A DNA stretch of 63,380 bases, the filler included. It is 4 parts of 4 records of this genome, joined end to end, with 100 filler letters (N's around TTAATTAATTAA, not from the genome) between each part and the next. Parts side by side here need not be neighbours in the genome. Positions count along the whole stretch, not along the records: positions 1 to 31,871 come from SRR20825006_1118; 3 more parts are not named here. One strand, written 5' to 3'. Both the position numbers and the translations under genes were made by a program. The notes beneath the pieces are model-generated. The model saw only the letters and a list, made by a program, of their open reading frames with translations. It was not told where the DNA came from and did not search any database. Below, piece after piece: positions 19,959 to 29,897 of this stretch; positions within the stretch are counted from its first letter, which is position 1, and each line of letters starts with the position of its first letter.

Positions 19959-21308
19959 ATGGCCTCTTTTGAAGATTTTAAAATAAATAAGCAATTGCGT
20001 TATGCAATTGAAGATCTGGGTTTTTCTACTCCGACACCTATTCAAGAACAAGCGTTTTCTGTAGTCAAATCAGGACGCGATGTTGTTGGGATTGCCCAGA
20101 CCGGTACCGGGAAAACCTTTGCATATATGCTTCCGGTATTAGAAAATTTAAAATTTTCAAAGCAGATCAATCCGCGTGTTTTAATTATTGTACCCACCCG
20201 CGAACTCGTTTTACAAGTCACAGAACAGGTAAAAGCCTATGGTAAATACAGCTCCATCAGAGTGGTTGGGGTGTATGGTGGAACCAATATCAATACGCAA
20301 AAAGAGGCGGTATTACAAGGTTGCGATATTCTCGTAGGTACTCCGGGACGGTTGTATGATTTGGCACTAAGCAGAGCGCTTCAGTTAAAATCTGTAAAAC
20401 AATTGATCATTGATGAAGTAGATGTCCTGCTGGATCTTGGTTTTCGTTTTCAACTGGTGAATATTTTTGATTTACTTCCGGCTAAACGACAAAACATCAT
20501 GTTTTCGGCAACGATGACTGATGAAGTAGACGAGTTGATGGACACTTTTTTTACCAGTCCAGAACGCATTCAAGTGGCGCTGAGCGGTACTCCGCTAGAT
20601 GCTATTGAGCAGCATTATTATGAAGTACCCAACTTTTACACTAAAGCAAATTTACTCAGTGTTTTACTGAAAGATAAAAACGAATTCAAAAAAACGCTGG
20701 TATTTGTTTCAAATAAAAAACTAGCAGACCGACTTTTTAAAGTGCTTGAAGAAGTCTTTGGAAACGAAGTAGGCGTGATTCACGCTAATAAAACACAAAA
20801 CTACCGCATCAATGCGATAGAGCAATTTGACGCCGGCACGTATCGCATTTTGGTCACTACAGACGTGATGGCACGCGGTCTGGATCTTGATGAAGTAACT
20901 CACGTATTTAACGTAGATGTACCGCGTTTTGCCGAAAACTACATGCACCGTATAGGTCGTACCGGTAGGGCAGGAACCACTGGTAAAAGTTATTTAATAG
21001 GTACGCCAGATGAGCTGGAGCGCAAAGAGGCTATTGAAGCCTTAATGAACAAAAGTATCGCGCAGGTTGACCTTCCGGAGGGCTTAGAAGTATCGAAACG
21101 TCTAATTCCCGAAGAAGAGCCCAATTACGTTGAGATCAACAATCCTACAAAACGGGACGACACCCGTGGCGCTAGTTTTCACGAGAAAAAGGAAAAAAAT
21201 AAAAAGGTCAATCTTGGCGGAAAGTACAAACGAGAAATTGCCAAGAAATATAAAAAACCGAAGACTCGTGGCGACAAAAACTACAACCGAAGAAATAAGC
21301 GTAAATAG
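19959..21308 (+). CDS. DEAD-box RNA helicase
   Basis: Q motif PTPIQ, AQTGTGKT, PTREL, DEVD, SAT, HRIGRTGRAG and a basic tail. Confidence 0.95.
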   Translation: MASFEDFKINKQLRYAIEDLGFSTPTPIQEQAFSVVKSGRDVVGIAQTGTGKTFAYMLPVLENLKFSKQINPRVLIIVPTRELVLQVTEQVKAYGKYSSIRVVGVYGGTNINTQKEAVLQGCDILVGTPGRLYDLALSRALQLKSVKQLIIDEVDVLLDLGFRFQLVNIFDLLPAKRQNIMFSATMTDEVDELMDTFFTSPERIQVALSGTPLDAIEQHYYEVPNFYTKANLLSVLLKDKNEFKKTLVFVSNKKLADRLFKVLEEVFGNEVGVIHANKTQNYRINAIEQFDAGTYRILVTTDVMARGLDLDEVTHVFNVDVPRFAENYMHRIGRTGRAGTTGKSYLIGTPDELERKEAIEALMNKSIAQVDLPEGLEVSKRLIPEEEPNYVEINNPTKRDDTRGASFHEKKEKNKKVNLGGKYKREIAKKYKKPKTRGDKNYNRRNKRK

Positions 21309-21601
21309 CTAGAGGTTCTACAGTTGACATTGTAACGCTTTCGCTGGTCAAGAAGCGTTATAAACTTATTTCAGTATCAAAAAGATATTCTTTACAAGCA
21401 CGTCAAAGACTTTTACGTTAGAGATTTATTTTAATAATTCTGTAAAAATAGTGTTATAAAATTTCGTACTTTTTAAACTTTAAATGCATTTTTAATGAAT
21501 TGGAGGGCTAATCGGTTAATCAGCTGAAGTTTCCCTTGAAATTTATAATTTGCTCGAAACAAATGCCTTGAGTTTAGCCACGAGGTAGTTACAATAGAAG
21601 T

Positions 21602-22171
21602 ATGAAACGTAGAAATACCATTAAACTGCTTACGCTGGGCACAGGAGCAGTTTTTGTTACGCCGCTCGTTAGCGGCTTGCTTTCCGGGTGCAAAGCAGAA
21701 CCAAAAGCGCCAGAATTCGATCCGGAATTCTTCAATGAAAACGATTTGCCCTTTTTGGTTGCGGTTATAGATACTTTAATTCCGGCGACTGATAGTCCTT
21801 CAGCATCAGAAGTAGGGGTTCCGCAAATGCTAGATCATATGATCGCCGGACTTTATTCGGAATCAGATCAGGCCAATTTCTCAATGCAATTTTCGGCTTT
21901 AAAAGATTACCTCAATACCATAGATGGGCAGTCTTTTGTTTACTTAGATCCTGAGGAGCAAACGGCACATATTCAAGAGCTTATCAACTCTAGAGAAGAT
22001 TCAACTAATGCTGCACGTAGTGTTCTTTTAGCTATTAAAAATCAATCAGTTAATTATTATTTAAATACTGAAACGATCGCTAAAAATCATTTGAATTATT
22101 TACCGGTGCCGGGACCTTTTTTACCGTGTGTACCTCTTGAAGAACTTAATGGAAAAGCCTGGGCAATATGA
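21602..22171 (+). CDS. Gluconate 2-dehydrogenase subunit 3 family protein (Tat-exported lipoprotein)
   Basis: MKRR twin-Arg, LSGC lipobox, DTLIPATDSPSA and YLPVPG; overlaps the GMC gene. Confidence 0.85.
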   Translation: MKRRNTIKLLTLGTGAVFVTPLVSGLLSGCKAEPKAPEFDPEFFNENDLPFLVAVIDTLIPATDSPSASEVGVPQMLDHMIAGLYSESDQANFSMQFSALKDYLNTIDGQSFVYLDPEEQTAHIQELINSREDSTNAARSVLLAIKNQSVNYYLNTETIAKNHLNYLPVPGPFLPCVPLEELNGKAWAI

Positions 22172-23877
22172 AAAACGAAGATACAATGAACACCCAATAT
22201 GACGCTATTGTAGTAGGCTCCGGAATCAGTGGTGGCTACGCAGCAATGGAACTGTGTAAAAAAGGCTATAAGACGCTAGTGCTCGAGCGCGGTCGGGATG
22301 TGGAACATATCAGCGATTATGAAACGGCGAATGACGATAACTGGGATTTGCCGTACAATGGGCGCGTTCCTAAAAAGGAAATAGACGCGCACTATCCTAA
22401 ACAGAATCGCTTAAGCTGGTGGGTTAATCAAGATAATAAGCCGTTTATCAACAAAGATGATGAATACCCGTATGAGGAACTTTCCCGCTTTGACTGGATT
22501 CGCGGGCATCACGTTGGTGGGCGTTCAATTATGTGGGGCCGGCATTGTTACCGCTGGAGCGATATTGATTTTGAAGCCAATAAAAAGGAAGGCATCGCGA
22601 TAGACTGGCCCATACGCTATGCTGATATTGAACCTTGGTATGATCAGGTTGAAACTTTTGTTGGGGTGAGTGGCCAAGCCGAAGGTTTGAAACAAGTTCC
22701 TGATGGAAAATTTTTAAAGCCTTTTGAACTCAATTGTGCCGAACAGGATTTTAGAGAAAAGGTAAACGCTAAATATCCGGAGCGAGTGGTGACACCGGGG
22801 CGTATTGCCAACTTATCGGAGTACGACCCCGAGGTGCATTTGGGAACACGCGGCCAGTGTCAAACCCGTAACCGCTGTTGGCGGGGTTGTCCTTTTGGTG
22901 CGTATTTCAGCAGTCAGTCTGCGACATTACCCGTTGCTCGCGAAACCGGTAATCTTACTGTAAGACCCTTTAGCATCGCTGCCGAAGTTTGTTACGATCC
23001 AAAAACACAAAAAGCTACCGGTGTGCGTGTGATTGATGCCAATACCGGAGAAGAAACGGTATTTACAGCCCGTATAATCTTTTGTAATGCAAGCACGGTA
23101 GGTACTACAGCCTTATTACTAAACAGCAGGTCTGAACGTTTCCCTAACGGAATGGGGAACGATAGCGGTGAACTAGGCCATAATTTAATGGATCATCACT
23201 ACGGAATGGGCGCTGGTGGTACCTATCCCGGTTTTGAAGATGTGTACTATCAAGGCCGCAAAGCCAACGGGTTTTACATTCCGAGGTTTAGAAATATTGA
23301 TGATGAAACAAAACGCGCGGATTACCTGAGAGGCTTTGGCTACCAAGGAAATATTTCCCGCGGAGCACACGTTCCGGAAGAAACAATAGGAGTGGAGCTT
23401 AAAGAAACCATCTTTAAACCGGGGCCGTATAATGTTTCGGTGGCGTGTTTTGGAGAAATGTTGCCTTATCACGAAAACCGAATGTTTTTAGATTTTGAAA
23501 AGCGTGATCAACACGGAATGCCCATCATTACATTTGATGCCAAATTGCGTGATAACGAGATGAAACTACGTGAGGATGGCGTGCAATGTGCCGTTGAAAT
23601 GCTTGAAGCTGCCGGTGTTGAAAATATATGGAGCTACAATGATCTTACTGCTCCCGGCGCGTGTATTCACGAGATGGGTACTGCCCGAATGGGTAGTGAT
23701 CCTAAAACCAGCGTACTCAACAAATGGAATCAAATACACGCGGTACCTAACGTTTTTGTTACCGATGGCGCTTGTATGACCAGTAGCGGCACCCAAAATC
23801 CCAGTATTACCTATATGGCCCTAACCGCCCGTGCAGTAGATTACGCAGATAAACAGATTAAAGCGGGGAAGTTGTAA
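22168..23877 (+). CDS. GMC-family flavoprotein oxidoreductase (glycoside 3-dehydrogenase-like)
   Basis: VGSGISGG FAD motif, GGRS..W, Cys cluster C...N.C.RGC, HEMGTARMG and QNPS.T. Confidence 0.9.
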   Translation: MKNEDTMNTQYDAIVVGSGISGGYAAMELCKKGYKTLVLERGRDVEHISDYETANDDNWDLPYNGRVPKKEIDAHYPKQNRLSWWVNQDNKPFINKDDEYPYEELSRFDWIRGHHVGGRSIMWGRHCYRWSDIDFEANKKEGIAIDWPIRYADIEPWYDQVETFVGVSGQAEGLKQVPDGKFLKPFELNCAEQDFREKVNAKYPERVVTPGRIANLSEYDPEVHLGTRGQCQTRNRCWRGCPFGAYFSSQSATLPVARETGNLTVRPFSIAAEVCYDPKTQKATGVRVIDANTGEETVFTARIIFCNASTVGTTALLLNSRSERFPNGMGNDSGELGHNLMDHHYGMGAGGTYPGFEDVYYQGRKANGFYIPRFRNIDDETKRADYLRGFGYQGNISRGAHVPEETIGVELKETIFKPGPYNVSVACFGEMLPYHENRMFLDFEKRDQHGMPIITFDAKLRDNEMKLREDGVQCAVEMLEAAGVENIWSYNDLTAPGACIHEMGTARMGSDPKTSVLNKWNQIHAVPNVFVTDGACMTSSGTQNPSITYMALTARAVDYADKQIKAGKL

Positions 23878-23879
23878 AA

Positions 23880-24572
23880 ATGGATTTAATTAAATACACA
23901 AAAGAAGTTTTAAATCATATTGAAGAAATTGATGATATAGTAGATAGTTACTTTGAACCTATAAAAGATTTAACCGATACAGCTGAAGACATATTTACTC
24001 CTCTTAAAATTGTTCACTCCTTATACACTTTCAATCGAAAGAGAAAATTTAAGTCTTTTTTGAAGTATTATGCATTAAGCTTGAAAAACCGAGACTTTCA
24101 AAAGAATGATTATAAGCAATTATCAAAATATCTAAAAAATGAAAAAAACTATAATTTCATTTATGAGACTATAGATAGTGCTATAAACTCGAAATCAATT
24201 TATGGTTCACAAATACTAGCATATTTTACTGGCATTATTTTGAGCGAACAGAGTGATCTAACATTTAAGGAAATTGTAATTCTAGAATCTTTAAGGGAAT
24301 TGAATGACTTTGAGTTAAGCCTTTTTGTTCAAGTCTTTTCAGTTGCTGATCTAAGTAAAACTATTAGTATACAAGACTATCCAAATCAATTAAATAATGA
24401 ATTGATGTATGAAATGATGATTACCAAAATGGTTAATCTAAGAGTTTTTAAAAATGCACCAATACTAGCATCTGGTAGACCTAAAGCCAGTTTTGATTCG
24501 ACTGAAATAGCTGAGGATCTTTATTTTTTAATTGAAGAAATGAATATAAAAAATGCACTTTTGAAATTTTAA
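23880..24572 (+). CDS. Hypothetical AT-rich protein
   Basis: 230-aa ORF filling the gap between two genes; no recognised motif. Confidence 0.7.
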   Translation: MDLIKYTKEVLNHIEEIDDIVDSYFEPIKDLTDTAEDIFTPLKIVHSLYTFNRKRKFKSFLKYYALSLKNRDFQKNDYKQLSKYLKNEKNYNFIYETIDSAINSKSIYGSQILAYFTGIILSEQSDLTFKEIVILESLRELNDFELSLFVQVFSVADLSKTISIQDYPNQLNNELMYEMMITKMVNLRVFKNAPILASGRPKASFDSTEIAEDLYFLIEEMNIKNALLKF

Positions 24573-25147
24573 ACCTCCCCATCCCAAGCTAATACTTCTC
24601 CCGGTTGCATGGTATTGAGTTTTAAATTCCCAACGCGTACCCTTACTAACCTAAGAGTAGGGCAGTCAATTGCAGAAGTCATCTTGCGCACCTGTCTAAA
24701 CTTACCTTCAGTGATGGTGATGCTCAACCAAGTGGTTGGTCCGTGGCGGGAATCTCTTATTTTTTTTCCGCGGTCGGGCAGCGCCGGTACTCCCTCAAGC
24801 TTTTGTACTTCGCAGGATTTTGTAGTATATTTTGTGCCCTCTAAGCCTATCTCTATTCCATTTCTCAACTGATCTAGTTGGACTTCGGTGGGCACGCCGT
24901 CTACCAAAGCATAATATTCTTTTTCAATCCCGCTTCGGTTGATGTGATCGCTCAGAACACCATCGGTTGTCATGAGTAATAAGCCTTCAGACTTTTCATC
25001 AAGCCGTCCAATGGGCATGATTCCTTCTGGCCAATCGTAAAGTTCAGCTAGGAATTTTTTCTTGCGCTGTTGGCGTAAATCATTACTGCTCAGCTGACTG
25101 ATGTAGCCATAGGGTTTAAATATGAGAAAATGTTGTGGTGAGGCCAA
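24569..25147 (-). CDS. rRNA pseudouridine synthase (RluE/RsuA family)
   Basis: KPYG, GRLDEKSEGLLL and EGKFRQVRKM. TTG 25147 is preferred as start because a TACTTTCG promoter-like element lies inside the longer ORF. Confidence 0.9.
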   Translation of the reverse strand: MASPQHFLIFKPYGYISQLSSNDLRQQRKKKFLAELYDWPEGIMPIGRLDEKSEGLLLMTTDGVLSDHINRSGIEKEYYALVDGVPTEVQLDQLRNGIEIGLEGTKYTTKSCEVQKLEGVPALPDRGKKIRDSRHGPTTWLSITITEGKFRQVRKMTSAIDCPTLRLVRVRVGNLKLNTMQPGEVLAWDGEV

Positions 25148-25290
25148 GAGACTTATTTTTTTCGCCTTGCGAAAGTATAAAAATATCAACGAATCTGAGG
25201 TTACAGCTTTAGCCGGAGATGTAAGCGGTTTAGGCTCTAAAAGCTTATTTTTGGTTACTTCAACGAAATACAGATTCTTTTCTGCTTTTT

Positions 25291-25860
25291 ATGACAGGAC
25301 AACACAAGCGCAAGCAGCAGGCCAAACTACTTAGACAATTTAGAAGCGTTCACCGGGCTATGGGCGCTTTATTATTTGTATTCTTTTTTGTGATTTCGAT
25401 TTCAGGATTACTGCTGGGCATCAAGAAAAACAGCGGAGATCTACTCTTACCAAAAACCCAAAAAGGCACAACAACCGATTTAACACAGTGGCTTCCGTTA
25501 GAGGATTTAAAAGAGCAAGCGATACAGGTTTTGCACGATTCTGTTTCGGCAGACTTGTCAACTAAACTAGACCGTATTGATGTAAGGAATGAAAAAGGAA
25601 TCGTCAAATTTATCTTTGACGGCCATTATTACGGAATACAGTTAGATGGTGCTACCGGCAATGTTTTGCACATTGGTAAGCGGCGCTCAGACGTGATCGA
25701 GAATATTCACGACGGCTCGATACTCGATAATTATTTAGGAACGGGCGGCTATGTCAAATTGGTTTACACACTGGTGATGAGCATTGCTCTGCTATTGTTT
25801 ACCATTACCGGATTCTGGCTGTGGTATGGTCCTAAGCGTATGCGAAAAGGCCGTAATTAA
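25291..25860 (+). CDS. PepSY-associated TM helix domain protein
   Basis: R..HR..G...SGLLL; DGATG.V; IHDGS; TGFWLW. Confidence 0.8.
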   Translation: MTGQHKRKQQAKLLRQFRSVHRAMGALLFVFFFVISISGLLLGIKKNSGDLLLPKTQKGTTTDLTQWLPLEDLKEQAIQVLHDSVSADLSTKLDRIDVRNEKGIVKFIFDGHYYGIQLDGATGNVLHIGKRRSDVIENIHDGSILDNYLGTGGYVKLVYTLVMSIALLLFTITGFWLWYGPKRMRKGRN

Positions 25861-25877
25861 CTGATTAAAAATTCACT

Positions 25878-26921
25878 ATGCTGAAACAATTTGGCGGAAA
25901 AATCACTCCTGAATTGAAAAAACGCTATGCCCAATCTCCTAATTGGAAGTCGGGTAGTTTTCAAAACCTGGAAGAAACAACAATGGATATTGGCCTGGCG
26001 GAAATGCCCGGTATGCTTTGGAAAATGTTTTTCTCTAAAGGAAACACCATTCCTCAAAAAAACTTACCCATTCAGGCTTTTGATAAAACGGCATTTTTAG
26101 CGCCGGATGATTCTTTAAAATATATCTGGTATGGGCACGGTGTTTATTTACTGCGCTTGGCCGGAAAAACCATTCTAATCGACCCAATGCTTGGTCCTGA
26201 TGCAGCACCAATTGCTCCCACAAAAAGTGCGCGTTTTTCAGAAAACACCTTGCAATTGATCGATGATTTTCCGCAAATTGATTTGCTGTTACTCACACAC
26301 GATCACTACGATCATCTTGATTACGCAAGTTTCAAAAAACTGCTTCCCAAAGTCAAAAAGTATTATGTCGCGTTGGGTTGTGGCAGACACGTAGAGGCGT
26401 GGGGTGCCGCCCCACACACCATTACCGAATTTGATTGGTGGGACTCTCACACGTTTGAAGATATTGAGATTACGTTTACACCGAGCAGGCATTTTTCGGG
26501 AAGAGGTTTACGCGATAGAGCCAAATCACTCTGGGGCGGTTGGGTATTAAAAACTGCACAAACGGCTTTATTTCATACGGGAGATGGCGGCTACGGCGCT
26601 CATTTTAAAGAAATAGGAGAGCGTTTGGGCCCGTTTGATCTAGGTTTTGTAGAATGTGGTCAATATAACGAGCGCTGGCGTGCGATACATATGCTGCCCG
26701 ATGAGGCGGTACAAGCCGCTTCTGATGCTGAAATAAAACGGGCGACACCGTATCATTGGGGTGGATTCAAATTGGCTTTTCATTCGTGGACCGCTCCTGC
26801 AGAAGATTTTACAGCAGCGGCCCACCTAAAGGATTTAGAGTATACCTTGCCAAAATTAGGACAGTTAATGCACCTCGATCAACCAGCACAAGTTGACGCT
26901 TGGTGGAAAGACATCTCCTAA
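25878..26921 (+). CDS. MBL-fold metallo-hydrolase (RomA/NAPE-PLD-like)
   Basis: THDHYDHLD, PSRHFSGR, GDGGY and HMLP. Confidence 0.9.
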   Translation: MLKQFGGKITPELKKRYAQSPNWKSGSFQNLEETTMDIGLAEMPGMLWKMFFSKGNTIPQKNLPIQAFDKTAFLAPDDSLKYIWYGHGVYLLRLAGKTILIDPMLGPDAAPIAPTKSARFSENTLQLIDDFPQIDLLLLTHDHYDHLDYASFKKLLPKVKKYYVALGCGRHVEAWGAAPHTITEFDWWDSHTFEDIEITFTPSRHFSGRGLRDRAKSLWGGWVLKTAQTALFHTGDGGYGAHFKEIGERLGPFDLGFVECGQYNERWRAIHMLPDEAVQAASDAEIKRATPYHWGGFKLAFHSWTAPAEDFTAAAHLKDLEYTLPKLGQLMHLDQPAQVDAWWKDIS

Positions 26922-26924
26922 ATT

Positions 26925-27776
26925 ATGGAAAACAAAGCCATATATGCCGTAATTCTTGCCGCACTAATTGCCGGATTTAACGGGATTCTTATAAAAGCGA
27001 TGCCCAGTTTATCTACCGGTGCTATCGGTTGGTTTCGGGCGGGAGTTCCTGTATTATTTTTGCTGCCGGGATTGTTAAAAGCAAGGCAGTTAAAAGTACA
27101 AGGCAATACCAGAATGCTCTTATTGGCCTCGGTGATCAATGCGGTGCGCACCTATTTTTTCCTGCTGGCTTTTGTATATACTTCCGTAGGTAATGCAATT
27201 GTTCTGTTTTATGTTTATCCGCTGTTTATCACCATTATTGAAACTACGGTTTACAAAGCTCCCATCAGTAAGAAGCAAGTTTTATTTATGCTTTTAGCCT
27301 TCGGCGGAATAGCTTTCACCTATGCTGATAAAGAATTCAGTTTTGAATCTCGGGATTTTATAGGAATGCTTGCTGCGATTCTTGCTGCGGTAGGTTATGC
27401 CTTTTTTGTTTCGATCTTTAAGCGGCAAACCCAAGACTGCAATCGCAACCAATTGCTTTTTTATCAAAATTTAGCAGGAGCGGTTTTATTCATTCCCTTC
27501 TTATTCGGTTTAAAGGATGTTGCATTGACCCATATGGGAATCGGCGTTTTTTACGGACTTCTTATTGGGATTGTGCAGTTTGGACTGTTCTTTTTCGGAC
27601 TAAAACATCTCAACGCTACTACTGCCGCTTCTCTGATGTATTTAGAAGTGTTGAGCGCAGTACTCTTGAGTTTTTTTATTTTGAACGAGCAACTCAGCTG
27701 GAATACCTATGTAGGTGGGATACTCATCTTGATCAGCAGTTTCTATATCTCTAAACTCAACCGGAAAGCTTCATAA
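26925..27776 (+). CDS. DMT/EamA family transporter
   Basis: About 10 TM helices in two EamA-like repeats. Confidence 0.85.
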   Translation: MENKAIYAVILAALIAGFNGILIKAMPSLSTGAIGWFRAGVPVLFLLPGLLKARQLKVQGNTRMLLLASVINAVRTYFFLLAFVYTSVGNAIVLFYVYPLFITIIETTVYKAPISKKQVLFMLLAFGGIAFTYADKEFSFESRDFIGMLAAILAAVGYAFFVSIFKRQTQDCNRNQLLFYQNLAGAVLFIPFLFGLKDVALTHMGIGVFYGLLIGIVQFGLFFFGLKHLNATTAASLMYLEVLSAVLLSFFILNEQLSWNTYVGGILILISSFYISKLNRKAS

Positions 27777-27900
27777 TGCAGTTTAACATATTTAAGTGTT
27801 TTGTGATTCACTATTGCAATAGATCTCGCATTTCTAAATATGTATAGCATCTTAGCAAAAGTGACAAGTGATATTAAAAACCGCAATGCACTTTTGCGGT

Positions 27901-29043
27901 ATGAACACACTTTCTAAATTTGGTATTTTTACGCTGCTTTTTATCAGCAGTTTGACTATAATGGTGGGTAGCGCGATCGCACCGGCTTTATCAGGAATTA
28001 TTGAAGGAACTGATTTTAATTTTCCGCCGAGTTTGCTGATCACGTTACCGGCATTAGGCGTATTGGTTTTTGCACCACTAATTGGTAAACTCACCAATGT
28101 TTTAGGTCCATTTAAACTGTTGGCGCTTGGTCTTATTCCTTATGCAGTTCTTGGGGTGATCGGAGCTTATTTGGACAACCAATACCTGTTGCTGATCGAT
28201 CGCTTTTTGTTAGGAGCAGCTACCGTAGCCATTCAGGTTTCAGTAACCGGACTCATTGCTCAATTATTTTCAGGTTCTACACGGATGAAAATAATCGCTT
28301 GGCAAGGAATGGCGATCGAATTGGGCGGGGTGGTGTTTTTATCCATTGGCGGTATTTTAGGCGAATGGCACTGGCAAGCACCCTTCTATATTTATTTGAT
28401 AGCACTGTTTTGCCTTTTTCTGCTTTATACCACCATCCCAAAGAACGCTCCAACCGAAGCCGAGCATACAAGAGAAACGCAGCATAAAACAACTTCTCAA
28501 AAAACCATCTGGGCAATCTGTGCTGCATCCTTAGCGGCGATGGTTTTGTTTTTTGTATCGTTTGTGACGCTTCCGCTGTATTTAGATCAAGGATTTGATT
28601 TTTCAGAATCAATAATTGGGTATTATATGGCGTTCATTTCGCTAATGGCAATTGCTACAGCAAGTCAAATGCCTAAAGTGGTCAATAAATTTGGAGATGC
28701 CAAAACGGTCACTATCGGATTTTTGTTCTTTTGTTTTGGGTATGTGGTTTTTGCCGCTACGCATCAAATCGCGTTTCTGATACTCGCTGCTATTTTTATA
28801 GGGATTGGTTTTGGGCTCACCGTGCCGTTACTGAATCATATGACCGTAGAGGCAAGTACGCCGGAAACCCGAGGTAAGAATTTGGGCCGTTACTCGATGG
28901 GTATTTTTGGCGGCCAGTTTTTATCTACATTTATAACGTTTATCAGTACAGATTATATTACGATTTACTGGGTTGCTGCCGCATTTGGTATACTCGTTTG
29001 TATGATTCTCTTTATACTATTTAAAAAAGTTTTGAATACCTAA
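27901..29043 (+). CDS. MFS transporter
   Basis: About 12 TM helices; APAL, RFLLG, GG.LG...WQAPF and RG..LG motifs. Confidence 0.88.
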   Translation: MNTLSKFGIFTLLFISSLTIMVGSAIAPALSGIIEGTDFNFPPSLLITLPALGVLVFAPLIGKLTNVLGPFKLLALGLIPYAVLGVIGAYLDNQYLLLIDRFLLGAATVAIQVSVTGLIAQLFSGSTRMKIIAWQGMAIELGGVVFLSIGGILGEWHWQAPFYIYLIALFCLFLLYTTIPKNAPTEAEHTRETQHKTTSQKTIWAICAASLAAMVLFFVSFVTLPLYLDQGFDFSESIIGYYMAFISLMAIATASQMPKVVNKFGDAKTVTIGFLFFCFGYVVFAATHQIAFLILAAIFIGIGFGLTVPLLNHMTVEASTPETRGKNLGRYSMGIFGGQFLSTFITFISTDYITIYWVAAAFGILVCMILFILFKKVLNT

Positions 29044-29113
29044 ATTTATGACTGCTTGATGCATTTAGGCTTTGTACCGCTAATCTTAGTATTTTTACAA
29101 GAAATGCCTGTAA

Positions 29114-29878
29114 ATGCATACTACCGTTTGGAAACAGAAAATACAGCTCCTAGAGTATTTGAATAAAGACACTGAATTACTTTCTGAAAATTCGTTTGGC
29201 TTTTATTTTACTTCAGATCAAGCATTTTCAAAATTATATTTAAAGCCGCTTAACGAAGCTTTTGCTGCTGAGGCTTATGAATATAGCGAGGGTAGGTTGA
29301 TCAATTTTGAGCGCGAACTTATCGAAGAAGATGATCAGGAATATGCGCTCGACGTGATGCAGCTTTTTAATGGAAGTCGCTGCCTGGATTTAAATCAGAA
29401 TGTATGGATATCTAACCAGATACAGCATTCAATTGTTCTTTTAAAAGAAGAATATGCTCACAATCAATGTTCTTACATTGTGCTCAAGACAATTTTAAAG
29501 GTCTTAATGCTTCAGTTAATTCGTTTTCAAAAAACGCATTATGCACCGCAGGAATTGGATCAAAAACGCATTTATGAGTTTTTAAAATTGATGGAAACCT
29601 ACTACCTCCAAGAAACGGAAAGTATTTATTATGCAACTAAAATGGGGATCAGTGAAAAACGCTTGAATCAGATCTTAAAAGAAAAACTTCAACGCACGGC
29701 AAAACAAATCATTCAACAGCGTCAAATCACCGAAGCTAAACGCCTTTTGATTCGTAGTGAAGTCACCATACAAGAAATAGGATTTCAATTAGGATTTAAC
29801 TCATTAAGTAGTTTTTCTAGATTTTTCAAAAATCAAGTAGGGGAGAGCCCATCTACCTACAAAGAGCTACATTCTTAG
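29114..29878 (+). CDS. AraC family transcriptional regulator
   Basis: C-terminal double HTH: IQEIGFQLGFNSLSSFSRFFKNQVGESPSTY. Confidence 0.92.
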   Translation: MHTTVWKQKIQLLEYLNKDTELLSENSFGFYFTSDQAFSKLYLKPLNEAFAAEAYEYSEGRLINFERELIEEDDQEYALDVMQLFNGSRCLDLNQNVWISNQIQHSIVLLKEEYAHNQCSYIVLKTILKVLMLQLIRFQKTHYAPQELDQKRIYEFLKLMETYYLQETESIYYATKMGISEKRLNQILKEKLQRTAKQIIQQRQITEAKRLLIRSEVTIQEIGFQLGFNSLSSFSRFFKNQVGESPSTYKELHS

Positions 29879-29897
29879 ACTTCGAACCTTCCTTTAG

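Noticed and set aside
21333-21360. TAACGCTT...AAGCGTTA hairpin after the DEAD-box gene
   Set aside because: The stem is weak with a long loop and no U tract, which is insufficient to call a terminator.
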